Below are positions 26,012-41,239 of a stretch of 64,000 nucleotides of DNA, piece after piece (position 1 is the stretch's first letter; every line of letters begins with the position of its first letter). The translations under genes and the position numbers were made by a program. The notes under the pieces were generated by a model. It searched no databases. It had not been told where the DNA came from and saw only the letters and a program-made list of their open reading frames with translations. Source of the DNA: the human T2T-CHM13v2.0 reference genome, Homo sapiens; NCBI RefSeq assembly GCF_009914755.1, contig NC_060925.1; one strand, given 5' to 3'.

Positions 26012-28193
26012 TTTTTATTGTATTAGGTATTTATTTTAATTTATTAAAATTATACTTTAAGTTCTGGGTTACATGTGCAGAACGTGCGGGTTTGTTACAT
26101 AGGTACACACGTGCCATGGTGGTTTGCTGCACCCATCAACCCGTCATCTACATTAGGTATTTCTCCTAATGCTGTACCTCCTGTAGCCCCCCACCCCCCA
26201 ATAGGTCCCAATGTGTGATGTTTCCCTCCCTGTGTCCATGTATTCTCATTGTTCATGAACAGAGGCCTCATAAACAGAAAAGAGGCCTCAGAATTAATGC
26301 CATACAACCATCTGTTCTTTGACAACCCTGACAAAAACAAGCAATGGGGAAAGGATTCCCTATTTAATTCCACTTATGAATGAGAACATGCGGTGTTTGG
26401 TTTTCTGTTCCTGTGTTAGTTTCCTGGGAATGATGGTCTCCAGTTTCATCCATGTCCCTGCAAAGGACATAAACTCATCCTTTCCAATGGCTGTATAGTA
26501 TTTGTGGTGTATATGTGCCACAGCTACTTTAGCCAGTCTATCATTGATGGGCTTTTGGGTTGGATTCACATATTTACTATTGGGAATAACTGCAATAAAC
26601 ATATGTGTGCATGTGTCTTTTTAGTGGAATGATTTAAAATCCTTTGGGTATATACCCAGAAATGGGATTTCTGGGTCAAATGGCATTTCTAGTTCTAGAT
26701 CCTTGAGGAATCACCACACTGTCTTCCACAATGGTTGAACTAATTTACACTCCCAAAACAACATGGTAAAAGCGTTGCTATTTCTCCGCATACGTGCCAG
26801 CATCTGTTGTTTCCTGACTTTTTTTACTTTATTTTATTATACTTTAAGTTTTAGGGTACATGTGCACAATGTGCAGGTTTGTTACATATGTATACATGTG
26901 CCATGTTGGTGACTTTTTAATAATTGCCATTCTAACTGATGTGACAGGGTATCTCACTGTGGTTTCGATTTGCATTTCTATAAGGACCAGTGATGATGAG
27001 CTTTTTTTCATATATTTCTTGGCCACATAAATGTCTTCGTTTGAGAAATGTCTGTTCATATACTTTGCCCACTTTTTGATGGGGTTGTTTTTTTTTTCTT
27101 ATAAATATGTTTAAGTTCCTTGTAGATTCTTGATATTAGCCATTTGTCAGATGGATAGATTGCAAAAATTTTCTCCCATTCTCTAAGTTGCCTGTTTACT
27201 CTGATGAATCCAAAGGAAGAGAGGAAGTCAAACTGCCTCTGTTTGCAGATTACATGATTGCATATTTAGAACACCCCATCATCTCAGCTCAAAATCTCCT
27301 TAAGCTGATAAGCAACTTCAGCAAAGTCTCAGGATACAATATCAATGTGTAAAAATCACAAGCTTTCCCATACACCAATAATAGACAGAGAGCCAAATCA
27401 TGAGTGAATTCCCATTCAGAATTGCTACAAAGGGAATAAAACACCTAGGAATACAACTTATAAAGGATATGAAGGACCTCTTCAAGGAGAACTACAAACC
27501 ACTGCTCAAGGAAATAAGAGAGGACACAAACAAATGAAAAAATATTCCATGCTCATGGATAGGAAGAATCAATACCATGAAAAAAACCATAGTGCCCAAA
27601 GTAATTAATACATTCAGTGCTATCCCCATCAAGCTACCATAGACTTTCTTCACAGAATTAGAAAAAAATACTTTAAATTTCATATGGAATCAATAAAGAG
27701 CCCATTTAGCCAAGACAATCCTAAGCAAAAAGAACAAAGCTGGTGGCATCATGCTACCTGACTTCAAACTTTACTACAAGGCTACAGTAACCAAAACAGC
27801 ATGGTACTGGTACCAAAACAGATATATAGACCAATAAACAGAACAGAGGCCTCAGAATTCATGCCATACAACCATCTCTTCTTTGACAAACCTGACAAAA
27901 ACAAGCAATGGGGAAAGGATTCCCTATTTAATAAATGATGTTGGGAAAACTGGCTAGCCATATGGAGAAAACTGAAACTGGACCCCTTCCTTCAACTTTA
28001 TACAAAAAATCACTCAAGATGAAGACTTAAACATAAAACATAAAACCATAAAAACCCTAGAAGAAAACCTAGGCTGTACCATTCAGGACATAGGCATGGG
28101 CAAAGACTTCATGACTAAAACACCAAAGCAATGGCAACAAAAGCCAAAATTGACAAATGGGATATAATTAAACTAAATAGCTTCTGCACAGCA
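26012..28193 (-). mobile_element. 5'-inverted L1PA (about PA6-8) with 17-bp TSD
   Basis: Antisense 3' part 26012-27205, inverted arm about 27207-28193; TSD gaagatgaat(g/a)aattct at 25995-26011 and 28194-28210. Confidence 0.9.
26824..26909 (-). mobile_element. Younger L1PA 3' stub nested in the previous L1
   Basis: ttatactttaagttttagggtacatgtgcacaatgtgcagg; TSD tgacttttt at 26815-26823 and 26910-26918. Confidence 0.85.
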
Positions 28194-29618
28194 GAAGATG
28201 AATAAATTCTAGTCGGAGCCACAACATTATGTTTCTTAATGACTTAAAAATTACACATTAAAGAGAATATATAGGCAGTGTAAAGGAAAGAACCAGAATG
28301 ATTGAAGATAGCAGGTAATATCCAAGATTAGTTCAAAGCCTCATCTTGATTCTGTGTTACTGGGTGCTAGAGCTTCATATGTTCGAAGTAACTCCTCATT
28401 CAAAATTTTGTTTCTACCATTCATGCTCTTGTATACTCTGTCTCTATCAGGTACTCCTTCTTTAACTTTAGAGATTCATAAGAACCATATCTTCTCATTT
28501 TCAAACACACAATGGGAAATAACTAAAAGCTTCCAGAGACAATGTATCGTCAATATAAGTGTCTGAAAGTTAACCTGTCATTTTGAAGATTTTGAAGATT
28601 TTCTATGCAAACCTTTATTAAGAAAATAAGAGTAGAAACATCTGCAAGTTACAAATGCAATAAGAAATGAACATATAATTTCTAAAAGTATTTAAAATTT
28701 TTATTTCATATTTATTTTCATTGTGATCAGATAACTAGTCTGAAATACCACTTCTTTGAAACATGTCTATTTTTATACATATTTTGTGTTTTTATTAATG
28801 TCTTACATTTGCTTGGAGATAATGTTCATTCCGTGGTTTTGTTGTTGTTGTTGTTGTTTTAGTTTTCTCCTGAACATTAGGCTTAATTTTCTGGTTAGAA
28901 TATTTTATCCTTACAAAATTTTAAAGGCTTAGTTTACCATTTGTAACTCAACGTGTTCTAAAATAATTTCTCTGATGGTGCATGAACCTGGTATGAGTAA
29001 TGAAATTTCCACGACTACATGTACTTGTGTAATTTTCACCCATTCTAAGAGAAGATTTTTTAGATGGTATAATGACAGAATTTGTGCAGTTCTGTTCCTT
29101 TCTCACTCTAACACTGGGTAAGGAGATTAATTAACAAGAGTAGGAAACTCTTAGTCTTAAACAGATGACACTCTCTCCTGTCATCCTCAAGTCTTCCAAG
29201 GAGACAAGAGTTTACTGAATAGCCTTCTCTTAAGACATGGGCTCAGGATCTGCATGCAGTGGTTAAGGTACTATCTTAACTATATTACTGCTTTGGAACC
29301 TGAAGATCTAGATGAAGCAGGAAACTCCTTTCACTTGTTCTAGAACAGTTACCTTTTGAAATTCAGGTTGGTCTGAAATGGCGGGTTAACTTTCAGACAC
29401 TTATATTGAAGATACATTGTCCCTGGAAGCTCTTAGTTATTTCCTCCTTCGTGTTAAAAACTTATATTATTTCTTAAGTGTGTTTTACATATGGGAAATA
29501 TAGCCTTTATCATAAAACTCTCTAAGACAATTTGATATCCAGTCTCTGATTACAATTTGGCTTTGATAACCACTGCTTTCCTCCATCACTATCTATCTTG
29601 TGTCTTTATTAATAGTAT

Positions 29619-30460
29619 AGTCTTCTTTTATTCTTCTGCAAACTCCAAATCTTTAAAAGGTGTCCCAAATTTTTCATCAGAAATATCTCTACTTACCTAT
29701 GCCTTGGGAGAAGTAAGGTAACCCAATAATGTATAAGGTTGTTGAGTCTTACTCAGCTTTGATAACTCATTGTTAGTAACTGTCAAGATTCAGCATGATC
29801 ATGCAATTCAGAGTTCATATCGATGGAGGTATGTCAATAAGTCAAGGTAACCTTAAAGCACGTGTAGAAAAGAGAACTTATTTGTAGTTTAAAACAATTT
29901 TCCAATGCAATTACAATGACGCTCTTGGAAAAGATAAATATTACTTATATAAAAAATTACATAAATTTAAAAAAGTTTGCCTAAAACACCAAATAAAAAG
30001 AGACTGGAAAAAATAAAAAAAGATTGTGACAATATAGCAGTTACATTTGAGTTGTGTACTTCCCCTTTTGTCATGCATCTATATTTTAAAATATAACTTA
30101 AAAATAATGTTATTTGTCTTTGGTGGAGTCCTCATATTTAGTTTTTAATTGTAGAGCATACACATGGGAAATAACACTCAAAATACATTATTGAACAGAA
30201 ATAAACTTTTCCAGGTTAGGGTACAAGCTTTGGAGTCACTTTTTAATATTTCTGTGCTATGTGAAATTAGGAACCATATTTAACTTTCCATGTGTTAATT
30301 TCTTTTTTCAGATAGTAGGAAATTGAGTAACACTCAACAACCTTATACATTATTGGGTTACCTTACTTCTCCCAAGGCATAGGTAAGTAGAGATATTTTT
30401 GATGAAAAATTTGGGACACCTTTTAAAGATTTGGAGTTTGCAAAAGAAAAAAAGAAAACT
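29619..30460. repeat. 137-bp inverted repeat (arms 29619-29755 and 30324-30460)
   Basis: Reverse complement of 30324-30460 matches 29619-29755 with only a few differences; absent from copy A. Confidence 0.95.
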
Positions 30461-30699
30461 TATATCATGGGGTTGTTGTAGGATACAAAGTAATCTATAG
30501 GTATTACTTCACTTGAAGAAAAGTACATAAATGCTCAAAAATGGTATCTGTCAATACAATTGGCTCACTTCATTCTTAAAAATATCTTATTATATCAATA
30601 CACAAACTTAATTTTCTCTTCATGAATTACTAAAGGGAGAGAATTACATAGTGTTAAAATGTTAATAAATTCAGGAACTTAGACTCATCTGACACTAGA

Positions 30700-31656
30700 T
30701 CATCTTGACCTGTGGGCCTCATTTTGCTGGTGTTTTAGGTTTACACACGTCCCCAGCCACAGTTTCAGGGCTTCGTTGACCTCACTGTTCCTCACACTGT
30801 AGATGAGGGGATTTAGTAAAGGGGTGAACATAGTATAGAAGGCTGACACAACCTTATCGTGGTTAGTGGACCTGTGGGATTTGGGTCTCATATAGGTAAA
30901 AATGCCAGCTCCATAAAAGAGTCCCACCACAGCCACATGTGAAGAGCAGGTGGCAAAGGCCTTCTTGCGGGCTTCTGTAGAGCGCATGAGCAGAACAGCA
31001 GCGAGGATGAGACCATAGGAGGACAGGATGAGGGAAAAGGGGACCAGGAGCATTAACACACAGCAGATGTACATGGCGTTTTCGAAGACTGAAGTGTCAG
31101 CACAAGCCAAACGCACCAACACGGGGGCCTCGCAGAAGAAGTGATCGATCTCGTGTGCACCGCAATATGGGAAGCTCAGGGTAGCAACAGCCTGCAGGAG
31201 GCCGTCAGCTGCACCCAGGAGCCAGGACGACATGGTCATCCTCAGGCACAGCTGCCAGCTCATGAGAGTGGGATATCGGAGTGGGTGGCAGACAGCCGCA
31301 TAGCGGTCATAGGCCATGGCTGCTAAGAGGAAGCACTCTCCACCACCCAGTGTGGGGAGGAAGAAGATCTGCACACCACAGCCAGCGCGGGAGATGGCCT
31401 TATTTCCGGTCAAGTAGTCAGCCGCCATTTTGGGCACAGTGGTGGAAACCAGCATCACGTCCATGAGGGAGAGTTGGCTCAGGAGGAAGTACATGGGCGT
31501 GTGGAGCCGGTGGTCCCGGTGAATCAGGAGAATCATGAGGGAATTGCTAAACAGGGAGGTCAAAACGGTGGCCAGAAGCATCATGAAGAGGACTTGGTGG
31601 GCTCTGGTGTGGTTAAAGAGTCCTAGGAGAATAAAATCTGGGGTAGTATTTCTCAT
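30700..31656 (-). CDS. OR2T12: Olfactory receptor family 2 subfamily T member 12; intact from the second Met (318 aa), first ATG frameshifted
   Basis: About 97% identical to OR2T33 by manual count, all OR motifs present, [14 protein letters not shown]1. The ATG at 31661 reads ATG GGA TGA because of a 1-bp deletion; in-frame ATG at 31656. Confidence 0.85.
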   Translation of the reverse strand: MRNTTPDFILLGLFNHTRAHQVLFMMLLATVLTSLFSNSLMILLIHRDHRLHTPMYFLLSQLSLMDVMLVSTTVPKMAADYLTGNKAISRAGCGVQIFFLPTLGGGECFLLAAMAYDRYAAVCHPLRYPTLMSWQLCLRMTMSSWLLGAADGLLQAVATLSFPYCGAHEIDHFFCEAPVLVRLACADTSVFENAMYICCVLMLLVPFSLILSSYGLILAAVLLMRSTEARKKAFATCSSHVAVVGLFYGAGIFTYMRPKSHRSTNHDKVVSAFYTMFTPLLNPLIYSVRNSEVNEALKLWLGTCVNLKHQQNEAHRSR

Positions 31657-31669
31657 CCCATAATTTCCC

Positions 31670-31712
31670 CTGGTGTGATGGTGCAAATGGAAAAATAGAG
31701 AAAGAAGAGGCT
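31670..31712 (-). promoter_or_regulatory. Splice acceptor of the OR2T12 coding exon
   Basis: Same pyrimidine tract and ccAG|gggaaattATG as in OR2T33. Confidence 0.7.
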
Positions 31713-31921
31713 TTTATGGTCTGAATAACTGTTTGACTGCACAGTTTCTGGACAAATGTACTGGATATGTTATCCCAGGTCGTGATTCAAAGCCCTGACT
31801 CCCAGTAGGCACAGCTTTTCCTGACCTGGCATTCACTTCTCTATAGCTCAACTTTTTAATGTTCTAACTGAGATCATGTACTACAAACAGGAGTATATTT
31901 ACAGATCAAAATGAATAAAAA

Positions 31922-36142
<4,221 letters not shown>

Positions 36143-36144
36143 TG

Positions 36145-36203
36145 TGCACATTGTGCACATGTACCCTAAAACTTAAAGTATAATAATAATAAAATTAAAA
36201 AAA
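36145..36203 (+). mobile_element. Second L1PA 3' terminus with poly(A)
   Basis: tgcacattgtgcacatgtaccctaaaacttaaagtataat plus A-rich tail; inverted copy of 31950-31989. Confidence 0.9.
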
Positions 36204-37227
36204 TAGAAAAACGATGTCTAATATGTGATCGAGTTTTTCCAAAAAGAATATGTCTCCAAAGCAAACAGATAGTTCCTATAACATCAGAAGTCTTTTACAG
36301 ATAAATTGATAGAGAAATTCAGCTTCAGTCAGCATGTGACCAGCACAATACTAGAAATGGAGATTAAATTTGTGTCTTCGATCACATGATAGTAGGCAAA
36401 TCATTTTTGTCAATCATCATGAAGAGAGAAACAGGTCTCAACCTCCTCCCTTTCTGGTTTTAAAACAAATCAAGAACTTGGATAAACCTGATTATTGGTA
36501 TCTGAGATCTAGGTTCAGTCAACGTCTTGAGAATGAGAAATGGGCATTTCTGGGATCTTTAGTGTTGTGGGTTTCCCACCTCAGGGTGCCATTGTGTTAA
36601 CCTCAAGAAGAGGTGGGCTTTTAAGGAAAATTGGGAAAATACATTGTATTGCCTCAATAATTTCCAGTGCTTATGAGCGGAATTCACTTCAAGAAAATAA
36701 CTCATCTCAACTTACTTTATGGAACCACCTATTTTGACCATCATACCATAGCTGTCCCAGTTATCTGGATCTTGTCAACTGTTGTAATACACAATTTATC
36801 CAAATAAAACGGTATTACCTCAGATTTCCACCATAATTTGTCTTTAAGTGAGTCTTGCTATGAGCTTCCTTGCAAGAAGGAAGCTATGTGGTCAAGTTCG
36901 CTTCTCCCTATGCTTCTTTTTCAGTTGGCAAAGTGTTCTTTACATTTGGGAAACACTACTTCCAAGTCACTAAGTTGAGATAAAATGGTGATTAATTCTA
37001 CTTGATCACTTAGACATTTCTACCATATGTTTTACATTCCATTGAATGATGCAGCATTAAAACAAAATTGATTACAAATGTAAATCTACATATCCCTCTG
37101 AATTGTCTCCGTCACATTAGTTTAGGCTGAATTTATATAAATGCACTCTTATTTGTGTTGTATTTTTTCACCTCCCTTCATTGCCTCAAAATTCCCTTCA
37201 TACCCACATGCTAAAATTGACTTCATT
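36204..37227. repeat. Paralog of the OR2M7 upstream (intron/5') region
   Basis: 36204-36398 matches about 61361-61557, and 36397-37227 matches 63168-64000, roughly 90% identical by eye; homology probably continues past the window end. Confidence 0.92.
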
Positions 37228-37455
37228 GATTTCATCCTGTCACAGAGAATGTGGCAAGATATATCACAAATTTATAACAGTTTATAAGTGATAAAATTGA
37301 AAATACTGAGCACTAGATTGCCCTATGCCTTCTATATTAAGATCCATGTGAACATTTATTCAATAAAATTCTATAAAGAAAAATAATGTTGTTTCTAACG
37401 AGAAATTTGACATTCCTTCTAAGTAAGTAAGATACATATGAGAAATTGTGCTTAC

Positions 37456-37522
37456 CTTTAGGCACCAGGAATATGAGACCCAATCCTGAAGCTCAGTGTA
37501 AGTTATCCAGGATATAAACAAT
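37456..37522 (-). other. Candidate 67-nt non-coding 5' UTR exon for OR2T12
   Basis: Acceptor tcttcactgcattttcAG| at 37523 and donor AG|GTAAGC at 37455; no ATG inside. Confidence 0.4.
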
Positions 37523-37909
37523 CTGAAAATGCAGTGAAGATAACATTGGGATTCCAAGAGGTATTTGTATATATTCCTATAAAAATGGATCTGTGGTGAA
37601 ATATCATTGCAACTCCAAGTTATCCAGGACTCTTCACTGCCAAAAAAAGCATAACATTTTGAGTTTCAATACTGTACTAAAGGTATTCATGTAATGAGGT
37701 AAAATATTTTGAACTCTGCATTAGACGTTGCCTACCAAGTATTTTTCCCTTAGTTGAAATTTTATGCTTCTAATTTTATTTATTTTATCTAATCTACATT
37801 GTTTCTGTTGTAATAAATTCCGTCGTTTTGTAAAAAGATGGTGCATACGTTCAGTTTTTTTAAATGTCTTTTTTATGTATTAACCTCATCATGTCTGCAA
37901 GAGGAGTCA

Positions 37910-38057
37910 TCAGATTTCATTACACTGTGATACTGTGCACATGCGCAGAGCAATATATTGTAACACAAAATTCTTGAAAATCATGGTCAGATTTTATGAC
38001 ACTGTGATACTGTGCACAGGCCAGAGCAATAGTAACACAGAAACCATGAAAATCTGG
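37910..38057. repeat. Diverged tandem duplication, about 77-bp period
   Basis: cagattt.at.acactgtgatactgtgcaca ... cagagcaata ... gtaacaca ... tgaaaatc occurs twice. Confidence 0.8.
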
Positions 38058-38723
38058 ATGAGAAATTGAGAAGGCACTGAGTGAGATGATGGAAACGAGA
38101 CATCGAGAGGCCAGAACTTGATAAAAAAAAAAAAAAGAAGTGAAGCCTTATGTGAAATAATGTCAGACAGCATGTGTAATCCACTGTGTAGTCCACCGAG
38201 GTTGCTAAAATGACGTTACCCTTTTGCAGTAGGAATGATCAGGAAACAAAACAAAACAAAGCAACAAATCTCTCATATTGGCAATAATGATCATAGCAAT
38301 TTTATTTGTAATAATAAAATGCAACCTGCATATGCACTAAAAATGGAATTTATAAGCATAACAACAAGAAGTAGCATTGATGAGTTTCACAAATAGAATG
38401 TTGAATGAACAAAGTAGATCACAGGGAATGACTTCATGAATCCTATTATGAGTAATTTAAACGTATATATATAAATCTATTATAAAGCACAGCAACACTG
38501 CAATAATGATTATCTACAAAATTGGCTGAAAGTTTACATGATCAGAGAGAGTTAAGCTGTGTTTCGAAAGCACTGGTAATATTTTAAAGCATTTTACAAA
38601 ATGTATATCCAACATATTTGTTGTAAATAAACATTTTTGTATATTCCAAGTTTAAAAACATATTTAAATAATAGGTGTAAATGTCTTGGAGGAGCACATG
38701 ACAAATGGAAACATTCATTAATA

Positions 38724-39051
38724 CAGGTTGAGGATTCTTTATCCAAAATGCTTGGGACCAGATGTGTTGCAGATTGCAGATTTTTTAACACTTTGAAATA
38801 TTTGCATATGTATAAGGAGATGTCCTGAGAATGGAACCCAAAGGAGAGACAAAATTAACTTATATTCTATGTATACCTTATACACATAGCCTGAATGTAA
38901 TTTTATGCCATATTTTAAAATAATTTTGTGTAAGGGAGAAAGTCTGTGTACACTGAACCATCAGAAAGCAAGAGTGACACAGTCTCATGTCAGTACTCTA
39001 AATGGTTCTGATTTTGGATATTCGATTTTTGGTTTAGGGATTCTCATCCTG
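38724..39051. mobile_element. Tigger4b/MER46-type TcMar DNA transposon
   Basis: TIR-like ends caggttgag ... atccaaaatgcttgggaccaga and agggattctcatcctg; TA at the left flank. Confidence 0.75.
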
Positions 39052-39422
39052 CATGAGCTACAATTATTTAAAGAAAAGAGAATGTGGCCAAAACTTTCAA
39101 ATCATGTCCTGTTCTCATCTGCTACGTTTCTCCTCTGACTCCCATTCACTATCAATATCTTTTTCAACTCTAGAATGCCAGGACATATAAAAACAAAAAT
39201 TATAGATTTTATCCCATCTTTCACATTGATAAGCTGAGGCAGGTAACCACTCCTTCTGCTTCAGGTTGTACCACACTTCTCAAAGTCATATTGTACAGAT
39301 AAAATAGAATAAAATTCATAAAATTCTCAGACCAAAAATGATTAAGAAATGAAATTAATCATCTCCACGTTCAGCAGAAATTTCAGCACTAGCTTGTACA
39401 CAGTCTTGCTTGTGCTTGGTTA

Positions 39423-39520
39423 ACTTACCTCTTAGTACTGATCTGAATAGTGTATATTTTCAATGAGATTGTAGTTTCCTAAAAAGACAAAAACATATAA
39501 ATATCTTACATGTTTTTATG
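39423..39520 (-). promoter_or_regulatory. Candidate first-exon donor for OR2T12
   Basis: Perfect AG|GTAAGT at 39429/39428 in non-repeat DNA; exon start unknown. Confidence 0.3.
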
Positions 39521-40815
39521 TTTCCATCACCAGGAAAAAAGCACCTAATATACAGTTGGAATCTTTATGGTTATTGACAAATGAATGAAAAGACAAAAAC
39601 TTAAATTTTTAGCCCTTGCGGAATCCATTCCCTTGTCTTTAATTATGAAAGTTTGTATTACCTTCTATCTCCTCTCCTACGACATGAAGCCGAATTAGCT
39701 TCCTTTTCTTGAAAATACTACAAAGATAATTATGTCCCTTTCCCTGTAGGTTAGTGTGAACTTTCTGAAACTTCTCCCTCTCTCTCACATGATGAGGTGA
39801 GACACATCAAGTGCTTTCTGTATAACTGGCACTGCAGTTAAAAAGTGTTTGTAAGCTCACATATTACCCACAGCCATTGTGTATGTCAGATACCTCTATT
39901 AGACACATGTATATATTATTATATATTATCTTTAATTATATCCTCATTTTTTTGCATTATGAAACTAAGGGCAGAAGTTTATGTAATTTGAAGTGTCAGA
40001 GCTAGAGAATGGCAGTCAGGGCGTTCAGGAAATATCATTCCTCTTCTATGGCTTCTCTTCACTGTTCCTTCTGCTCCATCGTCAAAGCAAGATATGCTTG
40101 GGTAGAATTGGCACTTTTAACATCTTGAGGTTCCCTACATAATTCTAATTCTATTTGTATGTTCCTTTATATGTTTTCTATCCCTTAAAACTAGTGTATA
40201 TATTTTCCGTAAAAATTGTTATAAAATAGAAATGTTCATGGGTATATTTTGTTGCTTGAGTGTATGGAATATTGTGTGTATTATTTCTTCTATTTCTTTT
40301 TGTTAATATATAGAAATCTATTAATTGTTGCTTATAGACCGTGAATCCAAGAATGCTATGTTTATTTTTGTATTCCTTATTGCAGAGAAAAATATTATAT
40401 ACAATGGTTGAAACAACTTTAGATCTCTTTCCAATTTTATCTATTTTCCATTCTTCATTGCTTAAAATATATATTATTGAAATGTTGAAGAATAATATTG
40501 ACTACCTTAAGCCTTTAGCAATTATGGTTCTCCATTAGATATAGTGTTTGTCTGAGGCTTAGGTAGACAGATTAAGCACATTAACAAAATCCCATTTTAT
40601 CTTTTACCAATGCTTTGTTCAATAAATGTTCAGTGAATTGTTTTGAATGATATCCTGCTTTTACTGATATAATTGTGTTGTTTTCCTTAAATTAATCATA
40701 GCCTGAATTACAATGATAGCTAATTTGTATCGTTAGAAATATTTCAGTGGAAGATAATGTATAAAACAAATTAAACACCAATGTACCCATCACCAGCTTA
40801 AAATAAAATATTACA

Positions 40816-41130
40816 GGCCATGCACGGATCCTCATGCCTGTAATCTCAGCACTTTGAGAAGCCGAGGTGGGCAGATCACTTGAGGTCAGGAGTTTGATAC
40901 TAGCCTGGCCAATATGGTGAAACCCTGTCACGACAGAAAATACAAAAATTTGCTGGTGTGGTGGCACAGGCCTGTAATCCCAGCTACTTGAGAGGCTAAG
41001 GCAGGAAAATCACTTCAACTTGAGAGGTGGACGTTGCAATGAGTTGAGATCACGTCATGGCATTCCAGCCTGGGTCACTGAGCAAGACACCATCTCAAAA
41101 ATAAAATATAAAATATAAAAATAAAATAAT
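40816..41130 (+). mobile_element. AluS (Sz-like), full-length
   Basis: Dimeric Alu with A-rich tail; TSD aaat(a/g)aaatatta(c/g)a at 40801-40815 and 41131-41145. Confidence 0.92.
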
Positions 41131-41239
41131 AAATGAAATATTAGAAATTAGTAGAAGTCTGTGTGCACATAACCTGAATGTATGTTATTTGTTCTTTGCC
41201 TCTAGAGATAACAGAAGCCTATATTTTTTGTGCTCTCAC

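Noticed and set aside
31657-31686. [10 protein letters not shown] extension rescuing OR2T12
   Set aside because: Starts at TTG upstream of the splice acceptor, so it would not be in the spliced mRNA.
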